Shown piece after piece: positions 1 through 10,249 of a DNA stretch of 32,000 nucleotides. The stretch is from Corynebacterium amycolatum (lineage in GTDB: Bacteria; Actinomycetota; Actinomycetes; Mycobacteriales; Mycobacteriaceae). The notes under the pieces are model-generated. The model made no database searches, was not told the DNA's origin, and saw only the letters and a list, made by a program, of their open reading frames with translations. The stretch lies in assembly GCF_049243625.1 (NCBI RefSeq), contig NZ_CP046975.1. One strand, given 5' to 3'. Within the stretch, counting starts at the first letter, position 1; every line of letters begins with the position of its first letter. The position numbers were made by a program, and so were the translations under genes.

Positions 1-2255
1 TGGTCCTCTGATGAGCGACCGACAATTACGGTGGCTGCGCTCTCCGTGCCGTCGGCAAGCGAATGCGCGCCAACGATTGCGCCGCGCTGACGGAGCTTCT
101 CGTTGGCACGTTGCACGATGCTGTCGATGTGAGCGGAAGTATCCCCACTCAAACGCAGTGCGCGAGGCAGGTCAGCGTTGATAGTCTCGATGGCCCCGCG
201 GCGAGAGTCGACGGTGATATGCGCGCCGGCGAGCGGATCGGCAGCCTCGTCGGGGGAGGGGATGATCGGCTGGCGCGGAGGCATCCACAGCGGATTGGGG
301 CGCGCCGGGCGGTGTGGGGAACTGTTGACAACAGCGTGCAACTCTTCAGGTGAAAACATCTTGTTGACCGCGAAAATCATCACAGAACCGTCGTGATACA
401 CGGGCGTGAGCCCCGGCGCGTGCCATGCCCAGGAACGCATCGACAGCGCCTCCGTGCCATCCGTGTTCACACCTGGCGGAGAACTAATGATGTAATGCAC
501 GCCCAGTTTTTTCGCCATGGCATCGAATTCCGGATGTGAGCCCAGCAAGTCAACGTTTGTCGGCAGCTTCTTGCTTGCCTCGGCAGTTTTGTCGGAGAAG
601 GAGAAATGGCGGAACAGCGTCGGCAGCCCAGCGATGGCGTACATCCACGCAGAACCGTCACGACGGTCATTGAGGATATGCCCCTCAAACGCATGCGGCT
701 GCTCGGACAGCCAATCAATAGCTTCCATGTCCGCAGCGGTCACAAACGTGCTTCCGAAACTTCCACGAATTGCCTCGCGCTGAGCAGGCCCACTCACCCA
801 GGTCGCAGGCACAATCGCCAGTGCCGCTACGAGCCCCATCGCCAGCGCAGGATTCCACGACTTGACCGGCTGATTTCGCTTTGCGACGATCCACTGCGCC
901 GCAGCCACAATCGCGACAACGGCAGCCGCGACTGCGTAGCCGACCAGCACTGCGCGCAGAATTCCCATAACCGCCTGCATACGGTACGGCATGTCGTAGA
1001 AGAAAGTGCCAATAAACTTCAGATAGGTGCCGAACGGCTCATCCCAACGGGACTGCGCACTATCGGACACCACAAAGAGCAGCCCGAAAGCCAGTGCCGG
1101 CCACGGCGCCCACGGGCTGTCTGGTAGGCGAGAGACCAGCGCCACCACCAGGCCGATGAGCACAAGAACCAGAACAGTCTGGGAAAAGATGGGCTCGTCA
1201 GCATAGCGGGAAAACCCGATAAGAGTCCGCCACAGTGATTCGGAGCGGGAAATCTCAATTTGGCCGGTAAAGCCCGCAACGGATTCACCTTGCCCGCTAG
1301 CGGACAATGCTGCCGGGAGAGTCATCACCAGTGAGAGCGCTCCGATAATTAGTGTGCGAGCGAGGCCACTGACACTCGGTTGGGTGATCAACCACAAGCC
1401 AACAAAGAGCACAGCAGCAATTGCGCCGGCCGGGTGGGTGATAAACGTGCCGACCAGGGCAAGCGTAGCGGGGACAATATAGCCCCGCATGGTCAAAGCC
1501 GCAGCGATCGGCAAAGTGGCCACCGCGAGCAGATACGGCATGGAGGATGTGCGCCAAAGAGCCACCCAAATCTCCGGAAGCATCAGCGTCGCGACGGCAG
1601 CTGCGGGACCGGCATAGGCCGCCCACTTAGGGCCAACTGCGGTGCGGGCTAGCACCGCAGTTGCTGCGGGCAGAAGCAGCGCCGGGGCCAAGAACGCAAA
1701 CACGTTGGAATCGAGGAAAACCGAGCCGGGCAGCAGCCCCGCCACGGCATGCCAGCCGGTGGGGTAGAACATTTCGGCTCCGGTCTCCTGATTCATCAGG
1801 TCACCGGCCGCGGTGGGCGAGGCTATTGCATGCTCGTCAATGAACCGGAGGAAGTTGGTATGCCAGAGCATATCCCAGGCCTCGCGGATAGCGCCGGGGC
1901 CACCGGGGACGTCGTTAAGCACGAGCATGGCGCGCATCGAGCCGACTACCGTGACCCCGGCGACAATCATCGCGGTGACAACGCCGGAATCGAAGCCGTC
2001 TTCGGGCGTTGCCCGGGGGATGAATCTGCGCACCAGATAGCCAATGGCACAGAACCATGCCCACATGCTGGCCACGAAGAGCCAGGTGTAATCCAGCCCA
2101 AGCGCGTGAGACGACCATGCGGAAAAACCGATCACACCCATCGTTAATGGGCCGGCAGATGCCAACGCGAGCGTGGGACGTAGCCCACTGACCCAACCGA
2201 GAACTGTGCCTGGGATCAGCAGGATGAAGACGGCAACCGCAATGGCAGCGAGCAT
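1..2255 (-). CDS. Large polytopic membrane protein, 3' end cut by window edge (at least 751 aa). About 13 hydrophobic helices plus a C-terminal extracytoplasmic domain; GT-C-glycosyltransferase-like architecture, function unknown
   Basis: Absent from the supplied ORF track because it has no stop inside the window. Manual frame check: ATG at 2255..2253 on the minus strand with GGAG 3 nt upstream. No in-frame TTA/CTA/TCA triplet on the + strand from 2255 down to 3. Translation starts MLAAIAVAVFILLIPGTVLGWVSGLRPTLALASAGPLTMGVIGF... It contains a loop ...AIREAWDMLWHTNFLRFIDEHAI...MFYPTGWH... The soluble tail is ...HYIISSPPGVNTDGTEALSMRSWAWHAPGLTPVYHDGSVMIFAV... and it is still open at position 1. 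Confidence 0.8.
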   Translation of the reverse strand, partial: MLAAIAVAVFILLIPGTVLGWVSGLRPTLALASAGPLTMGVIGFSAWSSHALGLDYTWLFVASMWAWFCAIGYLVRRFIPRATPEDGFDSGVVTAMIVAGVTVVGSMRAMLVLNDVPGGPGAIREAWDMLWHTNFLRFIDEHAIASPTAAGDLMNQETGAEMFYPTGWHAVAGLLPGSVFLDSNVFAFLAPALLLPAATAVLARTAVGPKWAAYAGPAAAVATLMLPEIWVALWRTSSMPYLLAVATLPIAAALTMRGYIVPATLALVGTFITHPAGAIAAVLFVGLWLITQPSVSGLARTLIIGALSLVMTLPAALSASGQGESVAGFTGQIEISRSESLWRTLIGFSRYADEPIFSQTVLVLVLIGLVVALVSRLPDSPWAPWPALAFGLLFVVSDSAQSRWDEPFGTYLKFIGTFFYDMPYRMQAVMGILRAVLVGYAVAAAVVAIVAAAQWIVAKRNQPVKSWNPALAMGLVAALAIVPATWVSGPAQREAIRGSFGSTFVTAADMEAIDWLSEQPHAFEGHILNDRRDGSAWMYAIAGLPTLFRHFSFSDKTAEASKKLPTNVDLLGSHPEFDAMAKKLGVHYIISSPPGVNTDGTEALSMRSWAWHAPGLTPVYHDGSVMIFAVNKMFSPEELHAVVNSSPHRPARPNPLWMPPRQPIIPSPDEAADPLAGAHITVDSRRGAIETINADLPRALRLSGDTSAHIDSIVQRANEKLRQRGAIVGAHSLADGTESAATVIVGRSSED

Positions 2256-2445
2256 GGGACTCCTGACGGATAAGAGAATTGAATTAGTCCAATAATACCT
2301 GTGGGTTAGTTCGGCACTTGGGACGCGAGCGCCTAAGATTTGAAGAAGGGCTGATGGGACTTCAGCTGCTGTAAAGCCCAAGCGCGAATTTGCGCGAGAC
2401 TTGAAGCGAGCTCGGTGCGGACCCGGAAAGGAGAGGACATTCACA

Positions 2446-4076
<1,631 letters not shown>

Positions 4077-4138
4077 TCCAGCTGTAGACTCTGCGCTTCA
4101 GTCTCCGTACCGAAAGCTGGCACGTTAAGGTAGAGGAC

Positions 4139-5164
4139 ATGGCAACCTCTACTCAAAAAGATCCGAAGAGAACGGACCGCTATGGCATCGAGCGTGTACA
4201 CGCCGATGAACCGAGCGCAATCGACCGCCTCCGCGAAAAGTGGACGTGGTTCGATCACATTATGCGGATGCAGGAGCGCTACTCTGAGCAGGGTGGCAAC
4301 TTTTTTGCCGCCGCTGTCACGTACTTCTCCGTGCTGTCGATTTTCCCCCTTATCATGACGGCATTTGCCATCCTCGCGCTTGTGTTGCGTGGTAGTGAGC
4401 AACTGCTCGAGCAAATTCAGTCCGCTATCACAGACTCCATCGATGGGTCGATGGGCGACACCATCAACGCAATTATTGAAGGTGCGATCGATCAGGCCGG
4501 TGGCGTTTTCACCGTCGGTTTCATCGCCACCCTGTGGTCGGGTCTTAGTTGGATGAGCAACCTCTCCAACGCAGTGACACAGCTGTGGAAGCGCCCGCTA
4601 GGCGCTAGCAACTTCGTGATGGGAAAGGTTCGCGACCTGCTGCGTCTGCTGGGCATGCTGGTTATGATCCTGCTGACCTTCGCTGTCACCGCGGCCGGCT
4701 CTTCCGGACTGACACAGTCCCTGCTGGACAAGATTGGTCTGGCCCATGTCCCGGGAATCACAATAATCGCAGGATTGATTGCCATCGCCATTGGTCTCGT
4801 CGCCAACTGGCTGCTGTTCTTCTGGATGCTCGCTTTCCTGCCACGCGGGGGTGCCCCGTTCCGCTCTGCGGCAAAGGGCGCGATTATCGGTGCGATTGGC
4901 CTTGAGGTTGTCAAGCAGCTCGGTAGCGTTTTCTTCTCCAACGCCCTGTCGAACCCGGCCGGTGCAGTTTTCGGTCCGGTCATCGGTTTGATGGTCGTCT
5001 TCTACCTCATCTGGCGCATCACTATGTACGCCACTGCCTGGACCGCGACGACCGAAGAAGCGCTTGCCGACGAGGAGCTGGATGCGCCTGCTCCTGCTGT
5101 CATTAACGTCCGTGCGGAAGCGGCCAACCCGTCCGGATTGAACCGCCTGCTCGGTTCGAAATAA
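4139..5164 (+). CDS. YihY/BrkB-family (formerly 'RNase BN-like') integral membrane protein
   Basis: 341 aa with about 6 hydrophobic helices. Family-typical N-terminal segment ...GGNFFAAAVTYFSVLSIFPLIMTAFAIL... AAGGTAGAGGA lies directly upstream of the ATG. Confidence 0.8.
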   Translation: MATSTQKDPKRTDRYGIERVHADEPSAIDRLREKWTWFDHIMRMQERYSEQGGNFFAAAVTYFSVLSIFPLIMTAFAILALVLRGSEQLLEQIQSAITDSIDGSMGDTINAIIEGAIDQAGGVFTVGFIATLWSGLSWMSNLSNAVTQLWKRPLGASNFVMGKVRDLLRLLGMLVMILLTFAVTAAGSSGLTQSLLDKIGLAHVPGITIIAGLIAIAIGLVANWLLFFWMLAFLPRGGAPFRSAAKGAIIGAIGLEVVKQLGSVFFSNALSNPAGAVFGPVIGLMVVFYLIWRITMYATAWTATTEEALADEELDAPAPAVINVRAEAANPSGLNRLLGSK

Positions 5165-6415
5165 TTAGCCGCGATCGCGTCTGCCGAAGCGGTAGGTGAC
5201 CATCGCAATCAATGCGATGACACCTACGATGGCAGCGCTGACAGTAATTTTCAGCCCGGTTCCTGTTGACTCGTCGTCCAGGATATCGGGCAATTTTTCT
5301 ACCAACGTATTCTCAGTCGCTTCCGCTTCGAGGACACCGACAGAGCTGTCCTGCGGGGCCGCGAAGCCGGCGTCGAGAAGCGATGCTGCCTGCTCCCAGG
5401 GGCGCGGTGAATCCTCCACAGTGGCGTCGAGGATGATGACGCCGAGACGACGGCCGTCGCGCTCAGCCACCCCAGCGAAGGTGTGACGGGCATCGTCGGT
5501 AAAACCGGTTTTGCCTCCAAGCGCGCCGGGATAGTCCTGGGCAATCAGCTGATTGTCGTTGGCGATTTCGAAGTCATCGACCTCGAGAGCTTTGTCTCCG
5601 GGGATGGTGGCCAGGCGGGTGGCCGAGAGTTTGCGATAGGTCTCATTGTTGAATGCGTGCTGGAAGAACAGTGACATGTCGTATGCCGACGTCATCTGGC
5701 CCGGGGCATCGAGACCAGTCGGGTTGACCACTCGCGTATCCGTCGCCCCCAATTTCTTTGCCAGGGCGTTGACCTTTTCGGTGGTCTTATCCATGCCACC
5801 AAGTTCGCGGGCCAACGCGTGGCCGGTGTCGTTGCCGGAGTTGAGCAACAGGCCAGTCAGGAGCGTTTCTACCGAGTAGTTCACGTCCTCGACGATGCCG
5901 ACACGAGAGCCCTCCATGTTCGCGTCCTCGAATGTCGCTTTAACCGAGGTGTCGAGTTTCAAATCCTCGAGCGCCTCCATCGCCAGCAACACCTTAATAA
6001 TCGATGCCGGACGGTAGCGGCCGTGCGGGTCCTTCGCCGCAAGGACATCGCCGGATTTCAAATCGAACACCGTCCATGCAGAGGCGGAGAGGTCTTTCGG
6101 GACGTCAAACCCCTCACCGCTGACAATGCCGCAGGCGGACATTTTGCTACCTCCAGTCGGTTTTTGGGGAACCGGAAGTGGAGGGGGAGATGTTTCGCCG
6201 GGAGCCGGAACCTCCGAGGAGTCCACTGGTGCTGGTGGGAGGGTCTTGTAGGGGCAGCCCTCCGTGTCACGGATGTCAGGTGCGGGGCCGACAATCGGAG
6301 TGTCGTCGGTAAGCGAGGTGCTCTGCGCCATGGCTGCGGGGGCAGTGCTCGGCAGAAGCAAAGCGCTGGTGGCTAGCAGCGTAACGGCAGACGAGTAGCG
6401 GCGAGAGGGAAACAT
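5165..6415 (-). CDS. dacB: D-alanyl-D-alanine carboxypeptidase (low-MW PBP, peptidase S11), secreted with a C-terminal membrane anchor
   Basis: All three PBP boxes are present: SxxK (PASIIKVLL), SxN (LNSGND) and KTG (GKTGFT). Signal peptide MFPSRRYSSAVTLLATSALLLPSTAPAAMA. C-terminal TM segment VSAAIVGVIALIAMVTY. The track ORF 5165..7483 is over-extended through the antisense strand of add; I used ATG 6415. No SD is visible. Confidence 0.9.
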   Translation of the reverse strand: MFPSRRYSSAVTLLATSALLLPSTAPAAMAQSTSLTDDTPIVGPAPDIRDTEGCPYKTLPPAPVDSSEVPAPGETSPPPLPVPQKPTGGSKMSACGIVSGEGFDVPKDLSASAWTVFDLKSGDVLAAKDPHGRYRPASIIKVLLAMEALEDLKLDTSVKATFEDANMEGSRVGIVEDVNYSVETLLTGLLLNSGNDTGHALARELGGMDKTTEKVNALAKKLGATDTRVVNPTGLDAPGQMTSAYDMSLFFQHAFNNETYRKLSATRLATIPGDKALEVDDFEIANDNQLIAQDYPGALGGKTGFTDDARHTFAGVAERDGRRLGVIILDATVEDSPRPWEQAASLLDAGFAAPQDSSVGVLEAEATENTLVEKLPDILDDESTGTGLKITVSAAIVGVIALIAMVTYRFGRRDRG

Positions 6416-6571
6416 GATGAAATAAGGGTAGTAAAACGTCACTCGGAATGACGTATTTCTCGTGTGTGGATGGGGGAAAACGGGGGAGGGAAAGCCTTTG
6501 TGCAAAGCAGAAATACGATTCCGCGGCAGTGAAGTAGAAGCGGAGGGCGCAGTACCGATAGTCTGGCCATT

Positions 6572-7801
6572 ATGACTAATTCTTTGCACAGTGATGCTCA
6601 GTCTCTGGACACACAGTCTTCGGCATCGAATCTCGATGAGATGCGCAAGGTTGTCGCCAGCCTGCCCAAGGTACTGCTTCACGATCACCTTGATGGCGGC
6701 CTGCGCCCGCAGACCGTTATCGACCTGGCCGCGGACTGCGGTTACACCGATCAGCTGCCCACCACCGACGTGGATGAACTGGAGAAGTGGTTCATTGACA
6801 CCGGCAACTCTGGCTCGTTGCCGAGCTACCTGACTGCCTTCGCGCACACCTGCGCCGTCATGCAGACCGCTGAGTCGCTGACGCGCGTGGCGCGTGAGGC
6901 CGTCGAGGATTTGGCTGCCGACAACGTTGTCTACGCTGAGCTGCGCCTCGCTCCGGAAAACCATCTGGAAAAGGGCCTGGATATGCAGGCTGTTATCGAC
7001 GCTCTGGTCGAAGGCCTGGCGCAGGGTGAAGCCCATGCCGCCGCTGAGGGAAAGCACATCACCGCACGTCTGTTGGTCTGTGCGATGCGCCAGAATAACA
7101 ATTCCAAGGAAGTCGCACAGCTGGTCATCGACAACTACGGGAAGAACTCCGACGGGTACGTTGTCGGTTTTGACATCGCTGGACCGGAAAACGGCTTCCC
7201 GCCGGCTAACCACGCCGAAGCATTCACTATGCTGCGGGAGAACCTCATTCCGGTCACCATTCACGCAGGTGAAGACGCCGGTGTGGATTCGTTGCAGGAC
7301 GCTGTCGTGCAAGGTGCTCGCCGCCTGGGGCACGGTGTGCGCATCTACGAGGACTTCGGTGCTTCCCTCGAGGGCATCGAATGTCAGGAGGTTGCCTCCG
7401 CTATTCGTGACCGCCAGATTCCGCTGGAAATCTGCCCGACCTCCAACGTTCAGACGGGTGTCTGTGACAGCGTTGCGGATCACCCGTTCTCGCTTCTCGA
7501 CGATATGAGTTTCGCCTGCACCGTCAACACGGATAACCGTCTGATTGGTGCGACTTCCATGACCAGGGAGTGCATGGAGCTGGTGGAGAACTTCGGCTAC
7601 GGCTACAGCGAGCTGTTCGAACTGACCTCGAATGCGCTAAACAATGCATTCGTGGATCTGCCGACCCGCGAACACATCATGGACACCATTATTTACCCCG
7701 CTTACCTGCAGCTTATCGACAACAGCGACGAGGACATCGAAACTGATGTCAACGGTGCGGGTTTCGGTGCCGAAGACGAGCTGAACCTGACGCTGGACTA
7801 G
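6572..7801 (+). CDS. add: Adenosine deaminase (with an acidic C-terminal tail)
   Basis: LPKVLLHDHLDGGLRP (HxH metal site), ...PVTIHAGED..., ...CTVNTDNRL... ATG 6641 (MRKVVASLPK...) is an alternative start. Neither start has an obvious SD. Confidence 0.9.
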   Translation: MTNSLHSDAQSLDTQSSASNLDEMRKVVASLPKVLLHDHLDGGLRPQTVIDLAADCGYTDQLPTTDVDELEKWFIDTGNSGSLPSYLTAFAHTCAVMQTAESLTRVAREAVEDLAADNVVYAELRLAPENHLEKGLDMQAVIDALVEGLAQGEAHAAAEGKHITARLLVCAMRQNNNSKEVAQLVIDNYGKNSDGYVVGFDIAGPENGFPPANHAEAFTMLRENLIPVTIHAGEDAGVDSLQDAVVQGARRLGHGVRIYEDFGASLEGIECQEVASAIRDRQIPLEICPTSNVQTGVCDSVADHPFSLLDDMSFACTVNTDNRLIGATSMTRECMELVENFGYGYSELFELTSNALNNAFVDLPTREHIMDTIIYPAYLQLIDNSDEDIETDVNGAGFGAEDELNLTLD

Positions 7802-7831
7802 CCAGCGCCGGCCAGCTTTGCTGGGTGGGAG

Positions 7832-9073
7832 CTAGATCTTGGTCGTAAACCGAGCGGCCAAGTCCTTCTCCAGCTGCCTCCAGCCCTTGGCCTCATCGTC
7901 GTAAGGCGGAACTGGCTCGGACAGCTCTCCGGTGTCCAGCAGGAAGTTCAGCAGCCACTGCAGCTGCTGATTGCCCGCCAGTACCTCGTTCACGGCATCA
8001 TCACCAGCCCAGTCAGCGGCATCTGCGAGTAGCTCGTACGCGCGGGCGAGCTGGGCGGTGTCCACGGCGTTCGGGCCCTTTTCAATATCCTCGGCCAGAC
8101 CGGTAAACGAGTACTCATTGTCCTCGTGCACCACGGCCTCTAGCTCACCTGCGTTGGCTGCAGTGATGATTTCATCCCACGTCGTCAGCGCCGACATGTC
8201 GTGATGCTTGTTCTCCAGCAGCCAACGTACCATCGTGCGTGGCTGCGAGAACGTGTGAATCTCACCGGCGCTGCCCAGGAATAGCGGGCGACGCCCCATG
8301 TAACAACGCAAGGTGTAGAGCGTGCGGCCAGCGATGGAGATCTTGATCGGGTCGATGCCAGCGTTGGCCCACACCGTCTGATCGTACGGATCGCCGGCGG
8401 TCTCCTCTGCGGCCTTCTTTTCCTCTTCGCGCTTCTTCTCCGCTGCTTCACGACGCTCACGCTCCGCGGCCTCTGCTTCCTTTAGTGCGACTGCAGCAGT
8501 GGTTTCAGACTCTTCATCGATGTTCGGAGTATTTGCGCCGATGGCGTCGATAGCGTCAATGCAATTGTCCCAGTTGGTCAAGATGACACTGCCGATAGCT
8601 GACCACTGAGCGGCGCCACCGCCCTGGAAGTGATCAGCACCATTTTGTGTGGCAGCCAGGACAGAGTGAGAGGCGAACATCTGGTTGATCGGATTGAGAT
8701 CCGCGATCGCACCAATCGAGCGAGTGATGGCAAGAATGCGGTCTGCGCGCGAAACATGGTCGTAGTCGGCCCGGCCAGCCAAAATTTCTGGCAGCCCAAT
8801 CAGGTCATAGCGGTGGCGTGGCGCCGCGATGGCCGCTCCCGGTAGCTGCTGGTTGAAGTTGCGCCAGCTGGGGTGCTGCGTGAAGTCGTGAGGAGCATCC
8901 GACTGAAGGAAAGCCAGGAGCTTTGCCGCTGATGAGAACAAATAGATGTCATCGCCGCGGCCGAGCAGAGCCTGCCACTCGGAGCCACCTTCACGCCAGC
9001 TTGGAGCCCACAACGTGTAAAAGGTGCCCGAGGTCAGCTCGAGTTCGATAGGAACGATGCCTTTCCTGGCCAT
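7832..9073 (-). CDS. Conserved actinobacterial hypothetical protein (Rv3311-like by position and size), two related domains joined by a charged helix
   Basis: 413-aa ORF with a clean ATG start (MARKGIVPIELELTSGTFYTLWAP...). Central segment EAEAAERERREAAEKKREEEKKAAEE. Sits between add and upp, as Rv3311 does in M. tuberculosis (from memory). No catalytic motif recognised. Confidence 0.75.
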   Translation of the reverse strand: MARKGIVPIELELTSGTFYTLWAPSWREGGSEWQALLGRGDDIYLFSSAAKLLAFLQSDAPHDFTQHPSWRNFNQQLPGAAIAAPRHRYDLIGLPEILAGRADYDHVSRADRILAITRSIGAIADLNPINQMFASHSVLAATQNGADHFQGGGAAQWSAIGSVILTNWDNCIDAIDAIGANTPNIDEESETTAAVALKEAEAAERERREAAEKKREEEKKAAEETAGDPYDQTVWANAGIDPIKISIAGRTLYTLRCYMGRRPLFLGSAGEIHTFSQPRTMVRWLLENKHHDMSALTTWDEIITAANAGELEAVVHEDNEYSFTGLAEDIEKGPNAVDTAQLARAYELLADAADWAGDDAVNEVLAGNQQLQWLLNFLLDTGELSEPVPPYDDEAKGWRQLEKDLAARFTTKI

Positions 9074-9205
9074 AGTTTTCGTCGCAGCCCTTCTGCTTGT
9101 CGGTGATTGTTAAAACTCAAAAATTGTCATACCTGCAGCGCCCCCACGGGTGGCAAGTTTGCGTAGTCCTATCTTAGAAGTTTTACGACGCAGATACCCA
9201 CCGCA

Positions 9206-10249
9206 CTATCCGGTCGGGCGGTAGAACCCCTTAAACGGCATGCCGATGTTGGTTGTACGCACGGGGTTTACCTGTACCGGATCGCCCGCTTCGACCATCT
9301 TTCCGTCGCCGATAACCATGGCGACATGGCCGTCCCACACTGCAAGATCGCCAGGCAGCAGTTCATCCTGGCTCACCTGTCGGCCGACGGCCTGTGCTTC
9401 TGCCGTGCGGGGAATATCAACACCAGCTTGCCCGTAGGCCCAGTGCGTCAAGCCTGAACAATCGAGCGCCTGCCCCGGAGTATTTCCGCCCCAACCATAG
9501 GGCGTTCCCACGGCACTGAGTGCAGCTTTCACCGCAGCTTGGGCTTCTGGTGTCGGCGCGCCAGCCCCCGCATCCGCAGGCACCGGCGCGCCGCCCGAAT
9601 CGGACGACGCCCACGAACCATCTGCAGCGTCGGTAGCGCTGGCCAATCCTGGGGTGTTCGTAGACGTAGAAGCGAAGGCGGCTTGAGTGGTTGCTGGGGC
9701 CTCCAACTGCGTCGGACGGGGTGGGGCAGGGGTGTCCACCGCGGTGCTTGCCTGCTGTATCAGCGACTGCACCAGAGGCCGCAGTTCTTGTTCTAGTTTC
9801 ATGAGCCGCGCAATGGCCTGTGAGATCGAGGAACTGGCCGCTGAGACTAGGCTGGCACCGGTTGCGGCGAGACCTGCGGGCCCCGCAGCCGTCGCAGTCA
9901 GCGAGCCCATGGCGGAAGTAACAAAATCCATGGCAATCCGGGCCAAATCAGTGGCCGCTGACATTACTGCGGCTAGGCCCTTGGCAATGTCACTGTCAAT
10001 GGTTCCGGCGCGAGCTTCCAAGTCGGCTGCCGCATTTGCAGCCTGTTTGAGGCTTGTTCCCGCGGCTCCTGCCCCGGAACGAGCACCATCGCCCCAGTTG
10101 CGGTCAACGGAATCTGCCACAGAGCGCCAGGCAGTACTCGCGGCGGGGATTGCGGCCCCAGCAAGTCCTGCCAGTGCGGGCGCGATGGCAGGACTTAGCT
10201 GTTGTGCAATCGCGCTGGGGACTTCCGTAAGTAGATTGGTGGGAAGCAT
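9206..10249 (-). CDS. NlpC/P60 (C40) cell-wall peptidase with a long Ala-rich helical N-terminal domain
   Basis: C-terminal domain ...GQALDCSGLTHWAYGQAGVDIPRTAEAQ...GDLAVWDGHVAMVIGDGKMVEAG..., giving the Cys and His of the C40 fold. Start is ATG 10249 or GTG 10252; both overlap the upstream stop. No classical signal peptide is seen. Confidence 0.85.
   Translation of the reverse strand: MLPTNLLTEVPSAIAQQLSPAIAPALAGLAGAAIPAASTAWRSVADSVDRNWGDGARSGAGAAGTSLKQAANAAADLEARAGTIDSDIAKGLAAVMSAATDLARIAMDFVTSAMGSLTATAAGPAGLAATGASLVSAASSSISQAIARLMKLEQELRPLVQSLIQQASTAVDTPAPPRPTQLEAPATTQAAFASTSTNTPGLASATDAADGSWASSDSGGAPVPADAGAGAPTPEAQAAVKAALSAVGTPYGWGGNTPGQALDCSGLTHWAYGQAGVDIPRTAEAQAVGRQVSQDELLPGDLAVWDGHVAMVIGDGKMVEAGDPVQVNPVRTTNIGMPFKGFYRPTG

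Noticed and set aside
4080-4125. Nested hairpin CCAGCT...AGCTGG / AGACT...AGTCT between trpS and the yihY-like gene, considered as a terminator.
   Set aside because: It has no U-tract and a long irregular loop. The genes are co-directional and 62 nt apart, so co-transcription is equally likely.
5145-5160. GGTTCGAA strings (here and at about 22126) reminiscent of a tRNA T-arm.
   Set aside because: Both lie inside well-supported coding sequences, and no acceptor or anticodon stem pairing is present around them. No tRNA was detected anywhere in the window.
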